From contig CAKSNL010000005.1 of the NCBI GenBank assembly GCA_934476235.1, positions 40,989-104,988 of the forward strand: a stretch of DNA of 64,000 nt, in the 5' to 3' direction. This stretch comes from an uncultured Clostridia bacterium (GTDB lineage Bacteria > Bacillota > Clostridia > CAKSNL01 > HGM11501). The translations under genes were made by a program, and so were the position numbers. This document shows positions 10,875-20,249 of the stretch, piece after piece (position 1 is the first letter of the stretch; every line of letters begins with the position of its first letter). The notes under the pieces were generated by a model, which saw only the letters and a list, made by a program, of their open reading frames with translations, made no database searches and was not told the DNA's origin.

Positions 10875-10954
10875 TTTTAAGAGGCAGAGAATTTTTGCTC
10901 TGCCTCTGTAATTGCGCCATTTTGGGGTAATTGCGGGATACTTCGGAGGAAAAA

Positions 10955-11860
10955 ATGCAGAGAAAAAAGATATTTAAAACGGGGATTTTTATTATATGCC
11001 TTATTGCGGCGGCGTATTTCGGCGTCCGCATGGCTTTTTTGATGTCGGCGCCTTTTCAGCGTGTCAATACAGGAAATGAGATCGACAGGGTCGAGGTCAA
11101 TAACGGAAATGTAATCATAAACGTGCTCGTTATGGGTCTTGATAAGGACGAGACAAGGACCGACACACTTATTTTTATGAGCTATAACAGCGCAAACGGC
11201 AAATGCTTTATGATGAGTATTCCGCGCGACACTTATGTTCACATCAACGGTAACAGGGTGCTCATTAACGAAGCGTATACGCACGGCGGGGCGGAGGCAA
11301 CGATCAAGAAGGTCAAGGAGATCATAAATCTTCCTGTAAACTATTACGTTGTGTTCACCTTCCAGGATTTCAGAGATGTGATCGACGGGCTCGGCGGAGT
11401 CGAGTTCGACGTTCGTCCTCAGGGTTATTATTATGACGACCCGTATCAGGACCTTCACATCAGTATTCCCGGAGGGCACCAGATATTGGACGGCGAGAAG
11501 GCGGAAGGGCTTGTAAGGTTCAGAGCCGACTATGCTATGGCGGATCTTGACAGAGTCGAGATTCAGCGCCAGTTTGTCAAAGCCGTTATCGAACAGAAGC
11601 TTAATAAAAAGTATATAAGGGCAATTCCGAAGATATATGCATCGCTTTCGGACAGCCTTAAGTCAAACCTTTCGCTTGATGAAATTTTGGATTACAGCAA
11701 GGAGATTTTATCTGCCGGAGTGACATCGTTTGATATGTATACAATGCCGCATACAATATCGGGAATGCATGTTTTGCCGGATGAAGAGGGAATAAAAGCG
11801 CTTGTGGATCAGTATAAGGCTGAAAGCGAAGCGGCATTAGTGGAAAATAGCCAAAAATAG
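10955..11860 (+). CDS. LytR-CpsA-Psr (LCP) family cell-envelope glycopolymer transferase
   Basis: N-terminal TM helix, then LCP blocks (NVLVMGLD...R(T)DTLI, SIPRDTYV, GGVEFDV). Start moved to the ATG at 10955, 6 nt after GGAGGA. Confidence 0.8.
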   Translation: MQRKKIFKTGIFIICLIAAAYFGVRMAFLMSAPFQRVNTGNEIDRVEVNNGNVIINVLVMGLDKDETRTDTLIFMSYNSANGKCFMMSIPRDTYVHINGNRVLINEAYTHGGAEATIKKVKEIINLPVNYYVVFTFQDFRDVIDGLGGVEFDVRPQGYYYDDPYQDLHISIPGGHQILDGEKAEGLVRFRADYAMADLDRVEIQRQFVKAVIEQKLNKKYIRAIPKIYASLSDSLKSNLSLDEILDYSKEILSAGVTSFDMYTMPHTISGMHVLPDEEGIKALVDQYKAESEAALVENSQK

Positions 11861-11910
11861 TTAAAATTTTAACGAGAGTGTATGCTTTTTGTTGAAATTA
11901 AATCTTTTAC

Positions 11911-11939
11911 TTGCCAAGCGTTAAGAAAAAGGTTATAAT
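11911..11939 (+). promoter_or_regulatory. putative sigma-A promoter
   Basis: TTGCCA - 17 nt - TATAAT, upstream of the cyclophilin gene. Confidence 0.4.
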
Positions 11940-11960
11940 AATATAGAGAGGCATGGTTAT

Positions 11961-12599
11961 ATGAAGAAAATAGTTGCACTCATCGCAGCGCTTGCCCTTG
12001 TTTTTACGCTTTCTTCGTGCAAACTGAAGGAAGAGGGAGAAGTGTTGACCGATGGAAACGAAGGTGCCGGCGGCACCGCAAACGACATGGCAGAGGAGGA
12101 GCATCCGATGGTTACAATATCGGTCAAGGATTTCGGCGATATGGTTTTTGAGCTTTATCCCGAGTACGCACCCGAGACGGTGCAGAACTTTCTGGATCTT
12201 GCCGAAAGCGGATTTTATAAGGATCTTACATTCCACAGGATATACAAGGGATTTATGATACAGGGCGGTTCGACCGACGGTATGGGAATGGCGGGCTCCG
12301 ATAAGACGATAAAGGGTGAGTTTTCTGCAAACGGAGTGGACAACCCCTTAAGCCATGAAAGAGGAGTTATCTCCATGGCGCGCACGAACGACCCGGACAG
12401 TGCAAGCTCGCAGTTCTTTATATGCGATGCGGATTCAACGTTTTTGGACGGGCAGTATGCGGCGTTCGGAAAGCTCACGGAAGGGTATGACGTGCTGGAC
12501 GCGATAGCGTCTGTTGAGGTTACGGCAAATCCTTATTCCGGCGAAAAATCACAGCCTTTGGTTGCACCGGTGATTGAAAATATCACCGTTAACAAATAA
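11961..12599 (+). CDS. cyclophilin-type peptidyl-prolyl cis-trans isomerase, lipoprotein
   Basis: Signal peptide with lipobox (TLSSC), then a cyclophilin core (FHRI..GFMIQGG, SMAR...SQFFI). Confidence 0.85.
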   Translation: MKKIVALIAALALVFTLSSCKLKEEGEVLTDGNEGAGGTANDMAEEEHPMVTISVKDFGDMVFELYPEYAPETVQNFLDLAESGFYKDLTFHRIYKGFMIQGGSTDGMGMAGSDKTIKGEFSANGVDNPLSHERGVISMARTNDPDSASSQFFICDADSTFLDGQYAAFGKLTEGYDVLDAIASVEVTANPYSGEKSQPLVAPVIENITVNK

Positions 12600-12629
12600 T
12601 CTATAATATCTTTTAGGAGGATGTTGAAA

Positions 12630-13643
12630 ATGGTTAGAGTAGGTATAAACGGTTTTGGACGTATCGGTCGTCTGGCTTTCAGACAGATGTTCGGAGCAGA
12701 AGGCTATGAGGTTGTTGCAATCAACGATCTTACAAGCCCGAAGATGCTTGCGCATTTGCTCAAGTACGATTCTTCTCAGGGAAGATATGCTCTCTGCGAT
12801 AAGGTAACAGCTGACGAGGATTCCATCACTGTTGACGGAAAGAAGATCAGAATTTACGCTGAGAAGGACGCTGTAAATATTCCCTGGGGCGAGCTTAACG
12901 TAGACGTTGTACTTGAGTGCACAGGCTTCTACACATCCAAGGAAAAGGCTTCCGCTCACTTACAGGCAGGCGCTAAGAAGGTAGTTATTTCCGCTCCCGC
13001 AGGAAATGACCTTCCCACTATCGTTTACAATGTAAACCATGAGTCACTTACAAAGGATGACAAGATTATATCTGCTGCATCCTGCACAACAAACTGCCTT
13101 GCGCCCATGGCTGACGCGCTTAACAAATATGCGCCCATCCAGTCCGGTATTATGTGCACAATCCACGCTTACACAGGCGATCAGATGACACTTGACGGTC
13201 CTCAGAGAAAGGGCGACTTAAGAAGATCCAGAGCGGCTGCGGTAAACATCGTTCCCAACTCGACAGGTGCTGCAAAGGCAATCGGTCTTGTTATTCCCGA
13301 GCTTAACGGCAAGCTTATAGGATCTGCACAGAGAGTACCCACTCCCACAGGTTCCACCACAATTCTTACAGCGGTTGTAAAGGCTGACAATGTAACCAAG
13401 GAAGGCATCAACGAGGCTATGAAGGCTGCTTCCAACGAGTCCTTCGGTTACAACACCGATGAGATCGTATCTTCCGATATCGTTGGTATGAGATTCGGTT
13501 CTCTCTTCGATGCAACTCAGACAATGGTTGCAGAGATCGGTGACGGACTTTATGAGGTACAGGTAGTTTCCTGGTATGACAACGAGAACTCTTACACCAG
13601 CCAGATGGTAAGAACAATTAAGTATTTTGCTGAGCTCGGCTGA
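12630..13643 (+). CDS. gap: type I glyceraldehyde-3-phosphate dehydrogenase
   Basis: [15 protein letters not shown]-terminus and the catalytic SCTTNCLAP. The track start at 12621 abuts the AGGAGG RBS, so the ATG at 12630 is preferred. Confidence 0.95.
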   Translation: MVRVGINGFGRIGRLAFRQMFGAEGYEVVAINDLTSPKMLAHLLKYDSSQGRYALCDKVTADEDSITVDGKKIRIYAEKDAVNIPWGELNVDVVLECTGFYTSKEKASAHLQAGAKKVVISAPAGNDLPTIVYNVNHESLTKDDKIISAASCTTNCLAPMADALNKYAPIQSGIMCTIHAYTGDQMTLDGPQRKGDLRRSRAAAVNIVPNSTGAAKAIGLVIPELNGKLIGSAQRVPTPTGSTTILTAVVKADNVTKEGINEAMKAASNESFGYNTDEIVSSDIVGMRFGSLFDATQTMVAEIGDGLYEVQVVSWYDNENSYTSQMVRTIKYFAELG

Positions 13644-13666
13644 TTAAAGCGGTTATAATGCATATG

Positions 13667-13700
13667 AAAACGCGCGGAATTATTAATTCCGCGCGTTTTT
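13667..13700 (+). terminator. intrinsic terminator after gap
   Basis: AAAACGCGCGGAAT..ATTCCGCGCGTTTTT hairpin plus T-run. Confidence 0.8.
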
Positions 13701-13763
13701 GCCTGCTTAAAACAAAAAACTTTATTGTTCACTAATTGTTTACTTAAAATAAACAATTATGTT

Positions 13764-13792
13764 TTGACAAGAGGTGTAAAATGTGGTACAAT
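13764..13792 (+). promoter_or_regulatory. putative sigma-A promoter with extended -10
   Basis: TTGACA - 17 nt - TGgTACAAT, upstream of the DUF2232-rplI-dnaB block. Confidence 0.5.
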
Positions 13793-13842
13793 AAATTATT
13801 ATAATGCAAATGGTATGTTTAAATAATGTTTAGGGAGTTTTT

Positions 13843-14739
13843 TTGTTGAATAAGGCAGTATTGAGATATATCTGGGTCCTGGCGGTGATAACCGTCATGG
13901 CGGCGCTTTTTAATTCTGAAATAACACTGATAATCGCCGCATCCGTCTTTGCGGTAGCCGCTCTTTTGTTCCCTTTTGGGATAACGCTGATTGCGGCGGC
14001 ACTCTGCATCATTATATATGCTCTTCTGACGGTGGATCCGGCAGCCGGAGCAATAATGGCACTGTCCTTCATTCTGCCGGCGACGGCGATGGCGATGTCG
14101 CTCAGACTGAGGCAGGGTCTTTCGGTCATAATCGGCGCGGGCACTTTCTCTAATGCGTTTGCAATGCTTATGCTGTATTATTACGAATCCGTTAAAGAGC
14201 ACACGACGGTACAGGGGCTTTTGTCCGTTACAGTGCCTAAGTCTTTTTCGGGACAGATGGCGTCAATGGGATACGGGCAGCAGGAGATCGAAATGATCGA
14301 AACGGTGTGGAAAAGCATGTCGGTTCTGATTCCGGCGGTAATTATGATATCGGCGCTGATTTTTTCGTTTCTTGCTTTTGCTGGAATGAAAGCTATAATC
14401 AGGCGCACTGGCGGAAAGCTTGTCAATATCAGGGACTTTAAGGATATGCGGGCGGATGTGTCATTTACCGCGGTTGCCGTGCTTCTTACAGCGGCGCTCT
14501 TTTTCACGGAGGGTGCGGCAAACGGCGTTATCTTAAACGCACTTTATTTCATATATGTTTTATATATCGCTTTCGGCGCCGCCGCGTCGGTGAGAATTTT
14601 TAAAAGGCTCACCAATCACGCTTTTCCGGCAGCTTTGATAACGGTTATGATTGGATTTTTCACTTTGGGAACCGGGCTTGTGCTTTTGGGAGTCATAAGC
14701 TCGTTTACAGGTAAAAATAAACCTATGGAAAGGAATTGA
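13843..14739 (+). CDS. polytopic membrane protein, YybS/DUF2232-like
   Basis: About 298 aa and almost entirely hydrophobic helices. It lies immediately upstream of rplI-dnaB, as B. subtilis yybS does. The family call rests mainly on synteny. Confidence 0.5.
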   Translation: MLNKAVLRYIWVLAVITVMAALFNSEITLIIAASVFAVAALLFPFGITLIAAALCIIIYALLTVDPAAGAIMALSFILPATAMAMSLRLRQGLSVIIGAGTFSNAFAMLMLYYYESVKEHTTVQGLLSVTVPKSFSGQMASMGYGQQEIEMIETVWKSMSVLIPAVIMISALIFSFLAFAGMKAIIRRTGGKLVNIRDFKDMRADVSFTAVAVLLTAALFFTEGAANGVILNALYFIYVLYIAFGAAASVRIFKRLTNHAFPAALITVMIGFFTLGTGLVLLGVISSFTGKNKPMERN

Positions 14740-14745
14740 CGGATA

Positions 14746-15195
14746 ATGAAAGTAGTATTGATTAAAGATGTGAAGGCTCAGGGCAAAAAGGGTGACATCA
14801 TAAATGTCAGCGACGGATATGCGAGAAATTTCCTCCTTCCGAGAGGGCTCGCAAAAGAAGCAACCAGCAATGCGTTAAACGACCTTAAGGGGCAGAAGGA
14901 GGCGGCACAGTTCCGCCATGACAGTGAGGTTGCCGCAGCAAAGGAAACCGCCGAAAAAATAAACGGCGTGACTGTTTCGCTTACTGCAAAAGCGGGGGAA
15001 AACGGCAAGCTTTTCGGGTCGATCACCGCGTCGGACGTTGCCGAGTCGCTCAAGATGCAGCATCACGTTGTTATAGAGAAAAAGAAATTTTCCATTCCGG
15101 ACGGTATTAAGCACACCGGAATAACAGAGGTGGAGGTTAAGGTATATCCCTCCATAACCGCGAAGATAAAGGTCAACGTTACAGCCGAGGGCTGA
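14746..15195 (+). CDS. rplI: 50S ribosomal protein L9
   Basis: [36 protein letters not shown] is the canonical L9 N-terminus. Confidence 0.95.
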   Translation: MKVVLIKDVKAQGKKGDIINVSDGYARNFLLPRGLAKEATSNALNDLKGQKEAAQFRHDSEVAAAKETAEKINGVTVSLTAKAGENGKLFGSITASDVAESLKMQHHVVIEKKKFSIPDGIKHTGITEVEVKVYPSITAKIKVNVTAEG

Positions 15196-15211
15196 TTTAA
15201 GAGGTGATTTT

Positions 15212-16528
15212 ATGGAGGGCAGACAGGCGCCCTATAATATGAGTGCCGAACAGGCGGTGCTCGGGTGCATGATATCGAATTCCAAGGCACTGTCCGAGGT
15301 TTTTACCGAAATTAAGGCGGATGATTTTTATACCGAGGCACACAGGCTCATATTTGAGGCGATAAAGTCGCTTTTCGATACCGGTCAGGCGGTGGATATC
15401 GTTACCGTTTCCGGTGCGCTCGGGTCAAGACTCGAGATGGCGGGCGGTCTTAATTATCTGTCGCGCCTGGCTATGAGCGTTGTCACGACCGAGAATCTCT
15501 CGCAGCATATTGATATAATCAAAAAAACGTCGAATATGCGAAAGCTTATTGAGGCGGCGGACCAGATATCGACAATGTGCTATGAGGGAAAAGAGGACGC
15601 CGAGGTGATTTTGGACCGGGCGGAGCAAAAGGTGTTCGAAATTGCCGAAAGCAGAGCGAACATGGGCTTTGTGCATATCAGAGACGTTCTTGTAAATTCG
15701 ATCGACAATGTCGAAAAGCTCCGCGAGGCGGGAGGCAGAATAGCCGGAGTGCCGACGGGATTTTCTGACCTTGACAATATTTTGGCGGGTCTTCAGAAGT
15801 CGGACCTTGTTTTGGTTGCGGCGCGTCCCGCAATGGGAAAAACGGCGTTTGCACTGAATATGGCTCAGCATATTGCGATACACTCCAAAGTTCCGGTTGC
15901 AATTTTCAACCTTGAAATGAGCAAGGAGCAGATCGTTAACCGTATGATATGCAGCGAAGGGCTGGTTGAAAATAGTAAATTCAGAGTCGGCGATTTGAAT
16001 GTGGAGGACTGCACAAGACTTGCGCAGGCTATAGGAACGCTTTCCACGGCGCCCATTTATATTGATGATACCGCTGGTATCGGAATAAGTGAGATTAGGG
16101 CAAAATGCAGAAGGCTGGCACAGTCGGAAAAAGGGCTCGGTCTCATTGTGATAGACCATATTCAGCTTATGCAGTCGGGCAGAAAGTCGGACAGCAGGCA
16201 GCAGGAAATTTCTGAAATTTCCCGCTCGCTTAAGATCCTTGCAAAGGAACTGAACGTTCCGGTAGTTGCTCTTTCTCAGCTTTCCCGTGCGGTTGAATCA
16301 AGAACCGATAAGCGCCCCATGCTCTCTGACTTAAGAGAGTCCGGGGCAATCGAGCAGGACGCCGATATTGTTATGTTTTTATACAGAGACGCATATTACA
16401 ATCCGGAATCGGAAAAGCACAATATTGCGGAATGTATAGTCGCAAAGCACAGAAACGGCGAAACGGGAAAAATCGAGCTTGTTTACAGGGGAGAATATGT
16501 CAGGTTTGAAAGTGTCTATAAAGGATGA
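15212..16528 (+). CDS. dnaB: replicative DNA helicase
   Basis: PYNMSAEQAVLG N-terminus, Walker A (ARPAMGKTAF), and the DHIQLM and SQLSR motifs. Confidence 0.95.
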   Translation: MEGRQAPYNMSAEQAVLGCMISNSKALSEVFTEIKADDFYTEAHRLIFEAIKSLFDTGQAVDIVTVSGALGSRLEMAGGLNYLSRLAMSVVTTENLSQHIDIIKKTSNMRKLIEAADQISTMCYEGKEDAEVILDRAEQKVFEIAESRANMGFVHIRDVLVNSIDNVEKLREAGGRIAGVPTGFSDLDNILAGLQKSDLVLVAARPAMGKTAFALNMAQHIAIHSKVPVAIFNLEMSKEQIVNRMICSEGLVENSKFRVGDLNVEDCTRLAQAIGTLSTAPIYIDDTAGIGISEIRAKCRRLAQSEKGLGLIVIDHIQLMQSGRKSDSRQQEISEISRSLKILAKELNVPVVALSQLSRAVESRTDKRPMLSDLRESGAIEQDADIVMFLYRDAYYNPESEKHNIAECIVAKHRNGETGKIELVYRGEYVRFESVYKG

Positions 16529-17828
16529 CCTTGTTTTTAAAATAGGGACAGTCATAGAAGAGTACAATTTAATAAATCCGGGAGATGAAGTCATATCGGC
16601 GCTTTCTGGCGGGGCTGACTCTGTGGCGCTCCTTTTTGTGCTTTCGGCGTTGTCTGAAAAAATCGGATTTAAGCTCCGCGCGGCGCACCTTAATCACATG
16701 ATAAGAGGAGCCGAGGCTGACCGTGACGAGGAGTTTGCAAGAAAGACGGCAGAAGCCTTAGGGGTCGAGTGCACCGTAAAGCGATGCGACATACCTTTTC
16801 TTTCAAAGGGAAGAAATATGGAGGAGACCGCGAGGGAGGAGCGCTACAGCTTTTTCTCGGAGCTCTCGGGAAAAAACGGAAAGGTTGCGGTCGCTCATAA
16901 CTTAAATGACCTTGCGGAAACCTTTTTGATGCGTGTTGCGCGCGGAACGTCCGTTGCCGGGCTTTCTGGAATCAGAATAAAAAACGGCAGCATAATCCGT
17001 CCGCTTTTATTCACTCCGCGCCCGGAAATTGAAGCGTTTCTTGAAAGAAACGGCATTTCTTATGTGACGGACAGTACGAATCTTTCTGACGATTACACGA
17101 GAAACAATATAAGGCACAACATACTTCCGCAGTTTTTAAGCCTTAACGAAAGCTTTTTATCCTCAGTTGCCAGAACGGCGAAAAAGGCAAAGGACGCCGC
17201 CGATTTCATTGCGCTTTCGGCAAAAGAAAGCTACGGTGCGGTAACGGAGAATATTGATGTCGAAAAAATAAAGGGTCTTCACAATGCGTTAAAGGACTAT
17301 ATTATATCGGAAAGCGCATATTACGCCGGGATGAAGGAAATATCGGACAGGAATATTTCGGACATAAAAAAGCTTATTTTGCTGCCGTCGGGCAAAAAAA
17401 TTCAGCTTTCCGGAATGTATGAGGCGACGAAGATATATGATAAAATAAAAATAGGCAAAAGAAAAGAAGATAAAAATTATAATTATGAGCTTAAAATCGG
17501 AAACAATTATATAGTAGAGGCAAACTACACCGTAACGCTTGAGAAAAGCGACCGCGGGATAGATTCGGATAAGGTAAAGCTGCCGCTTTACGCAAGACCC
17601 AAAAGAGAGGGCGATTCATTTTATCCGGTCGGCGCGGGCGGTGAAAAAAAGCTGAAAAGGCTTTTTACAGACCTTAAGTTCCCAATAGATAAGAGAGGCA
17701 GATATCCCATTATAACGGACAGTGAAAAGATCGTTTTTGCTTTAGGACGCGCAGATGAGGGCGCAGTGTCCGACAGCGCGACGAAAAATGCGATTACGAT
17801 AAAAATTACAGAAGGGGAATTACGATGA
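16497..17828 (+). CDS. tilS: tRNA(Ile)-lysidine synthetase
   Basis: PP-loop SGGADS with a TilS core and C-terminal domain. The start is uncertain: TTG 16479, ATG 16497 or GTG 16512, all overlapping the dnaB 3' end. Confidence 0.85.
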   Translation: MSGLKVSIKDDLVFKIGTVIEEYNLINPGDEVISALSGGADSVALLFVLSALSEKIGFKLRAAHLNHMIRGAEADRDEEFARKTAEALGVECTVKRCDIPFLSKGRNMEETAREERYSFFSELSGKNGKVAVAHNLNDLAETFLMRVARGTSVAGLSGIRIKNGSIIRPLLFTPRPEIEAFLERNGISYVTDSTNLSDDYTRNNIRHNILPQFLSLNESFLSSVARTAKKAKDAADFIALSAKESYGAVTENIDVEKIKGLHNALKDYIISESAYYAGMKEISDRNISDIKKLILLPSGKKIQLSGMYEATKIYDKIKIGKRKEDKNYNYELKIGNNYIVEANYTVTLEKSDRGIDSDKVKLPLYARPKREGDSFYPVGAGGEKKLKRLFTDLKFPIDKRGRYPIITDSEKIVFALGRADEGAVSDSATKNAITIKITEGELR

Positions 17829-18364
17829 ACAAGGATTTGGAAAAGATATTGGTAACCGAGGAGGAACTTGACAGAAAGACCACCGAGATTGCCGCAAAAA
17901 TTTCAAAGGATTACGAGGGCAAGAACCTTTTTATGATAGGCATATTAAAGGGCGGAGTCGTTTTTGCGTCCGATTTGCTTAAAAAAATTACCGTGCCGAT
18001 GGAGATTGACTTTATGGCGGTATCGAGCTACGGCAAGGAGAGCGAGACCTCGGGCGTTGTCACGCTTAAAAAAGATATTGACAAAATGCTTACGAACCAG
18101 GATGTTTTAATTGTTGAGGACATTGTCGACAGCGGATATACCATGGCGTACTTAAAGCGCCTTTTAGCTGACAGAAATGCGTCGAGCGTTAAGATATGCA
18201 CGCTTTTAAACAAGCCTTCGCGCAGAAGAGTGGATATTGACATAGACTATTACGGATTTGAAATTCCCGACGAATTCGTTGTCGGATACGGCTTGGATTA
18301 TGACGAGAAATACAGAAATCTGCCGTATATCGGAGTTTTGGATCCTAAGATATACACAAAATAA
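17825..18364 (+). CDS. hpt: hypoxanthine phosphoribosyltransferase
   Basis: 179 aa with the PRPP motif VLIVEDIVDSGYT. ATGA overlap with the tilS stop. tilS-hpt-ftsH synteny. Confidence 0.92.
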   Translation: MNKDLEKILVTEEELDRKTTEIAAKISKDYEGKNLFMIGILKGGVVFASDLLKKITVPMEIDFMAVSSYGKESETSGVVTLKKDIDKMLTNQDVLIVEDIVDSGYTMAYLKRLLADRNASSVKICTLLNKPSRRRVDIDIDYYGFEIPDEFVVGYGLDYDEKYRNLPYIGVLDPKIYTK

Positions 18365-18380
18365 TCAAGGGGGTATTTTT

Positions 18381-20231
18381 TTGGACAAAAACGTAAGGGG
18401 GCTTATAGCGGCAATCGCAATTTTGATTGCCATGAGCCTGTCGTACATGTTTATAATCGGGCAGGTGCCGAAGCAGGAAATTCTTTATTCAGACCTCGTT
18501 AAGGACATAAGCGCAGGGAAGATCGAGCGCCTTGAAATTACCGATTCAAGAGCAAAGGCAACCTACAGTGAAAAAAATGAAGACGGCAGAAATAAGGTCG
18601 TAATATACGATATCCCGTCAAAGGAGCTTTTATATGCACAGACCGGGGAGGAAATGGATAAGCAGATAGAATCGGGCAGTCTCATAGTGTCTTATCCTGA
18701 GGAATCGTCGGCTTATGCATGGCTTTCGCTCCTGTCGCCGTTCTTTATCATAATAGTAATAGCCATAATCTGGAGCTTTATGATGAAAAACGCCGGAGGC
18801 GGAGCCGGAGCGATGAACTTCGGGAAGATTAAGACCAAGGCGGCGGTTCCAGAAAACAAAAAGGTAACGTTTGCCGATGTTGCCGGGGTTGAAGAAGAAA
18901 AAGAGGAACTTACAGAGATTGTCGAATTTCTTAAAAATCCGAAAAAATATACCGACCTCGGAGCAAGAATTCCCAAGGGAGTGCTTTTGATAGGACCTCC
19001 CGGAACAGGAAAGACCCTTTTGGCGAAAGCAGTTGCCGGTGAGGCGAACGCTCCGTTTTTCAGCATAAGCGGATCGGATTTCGTTGAAATGTTCGTCGGT
19101 GTCGGAGCTTCGAGAGTGAGAGACCTTTTCGAACAGGCAAAGAAAAATCAGCCGTCTATCATATTTATTGACGAGATAGACGCGGTCGGACGGCACAGAG
19201 GAGCGGGACTCGGAGGCGGACACGACGAGAGGGAGCAGACGTTAAATCAGCTCCTTGTTGAGATGGACGGATTCGGAGTTAACGAGGGCACCATCGTGCT
19301 TGCCGCGACCAACAGAGCGGATATATTGGACCCCGCGCTTATGCGCCCGGGAAGATTTGACCGTCAGGTCTATGTCGGCTATCCCGACCAGAAGGCGAGA
19401 CTTGAAATATTAAAGGTTCACGCAAAGAATAAACCGCTCGGAAAGGATGTTGACCTTTCCGTAATAGCAAAGACGACATACGGATTTACCGGTGCCGATC
19501 TTGAAAATCTCTTAAACGAGGCTGCGCTCCTTGCGGCACGCGAAAACAGCCGCGAGATAAGCCAGCATGACTTGGACGACGCTATGTTAAAGGTTGTTAT
19601 GGGACCGGAGAAAAAGTCCAAGGAAATGCAGGAGAAGGACAAAAAGAAGACCGCATATCACGAGGCGGGACACGCGGTTGCCGCAAAGTGCCTGCCTACA
19701 CAGGATAAGGTTCATCAGGTTTCGATCATTCCGAGAGGAAGAGCCGGCGGATTCACGATGTCGCTTCCCGACCACGACAAGCCTTATATTTCCAAACAGG
19801 AAATGTTTGAGGATATCGTAATGGCGATGGGCGGACGCGTTGCCGAGGAAATGATATTCGGGGAGATCAACACCGGCGCGTCAAGCGATATTCAGCACGC
19901 AACGAAAATTGCAACGGATATGGTCACCAAGTACGGCATGAGCGAAAAGCTCGGTTCCAGAAGCTTCGGTTCAAACGAGGAGATATTTATAGGAAGAGAC
20001 TACGGTCATGCCCAGAACTATTCGGACGCGACTGCGGCGCTTATTGATGAGGAAGTTGACGCACTTATCGAAAACGGATATAAAAAGTGCAAGGAGATAC
20101 TCACCGAGCATAGGGATAAGCTTGAGGCGGTTGCAAAAGCTCTTATAGAAAGAGAAGTTCTCACGGGAGAAGAATTCCTGGAGGTTTATAACGGAACAGT
20201 AAGCACCGAGGATGAAAAAGAGGAAAACTGA
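18381..20231 (+). CDS. ftsH: ATP-dependent zinc metalloprotease FtsH
   Basis: Walker [12 protein letters not shown] region and the zinc site HEAGHA. The track start at 18258 lies inside hpt; the TTG at 18381 follows an AAGGGGG RBS just after the hpt stop. Confidence 0.93.
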   Translation: MDKNVRGLIAAIAILIAMSLSYMFIIGQVPKQEILYSDLVKDISAGKIERLEITDSRAKATYSEKNEDGRNKVVIYDIPSKELLYAQTGEEMDKQIESGSLIVSYPEESSAYAWLSLLSPFFIIIVIAIIWSFMMKNAGGGAGAMNFGKIKTKAAVPENKKVTFADVAGVEEEKEELTEIVEFLKNPKKYTDLGARIPKGVLLIGPPGTGKTLLAKAVAGEANAPFFSISGSDFVEMFVGVGASRVRDLFEQAKKNQPSIIFIDEIDAVGRHRGAGLGGGHDEREQTLNQLLVEMDGFGVNEGTIVLAATNRADILDPALMRPGRFDRQVYVGYPDQKARLEILKVHAKNKPLGKDVDLSVIAKTTYGFTGADLENLLNEAALLAARENSREISQHDLDDAMLKVVMGPEKKSKEMQEKDKKKTAYHEAGHAVAAKCLPTQDKVHQVSIIPRGRAGGFTMSLPDHDKPYISKQEMFEDIVMAMGGRVAEEMIFGEINTGASSDIQHATKIATDMVTKYGMSEKLGSRSFGSNEEIFIGRDYGHAQNYSDATAALIDEEVDALIENGYKKCKEILTEHRDKLEAVAKALIEREVLTGEEFLEVYNGTVSTEDEKEEN

Positions 20232-20249
20232 TCGGGGAATAATAAATTT

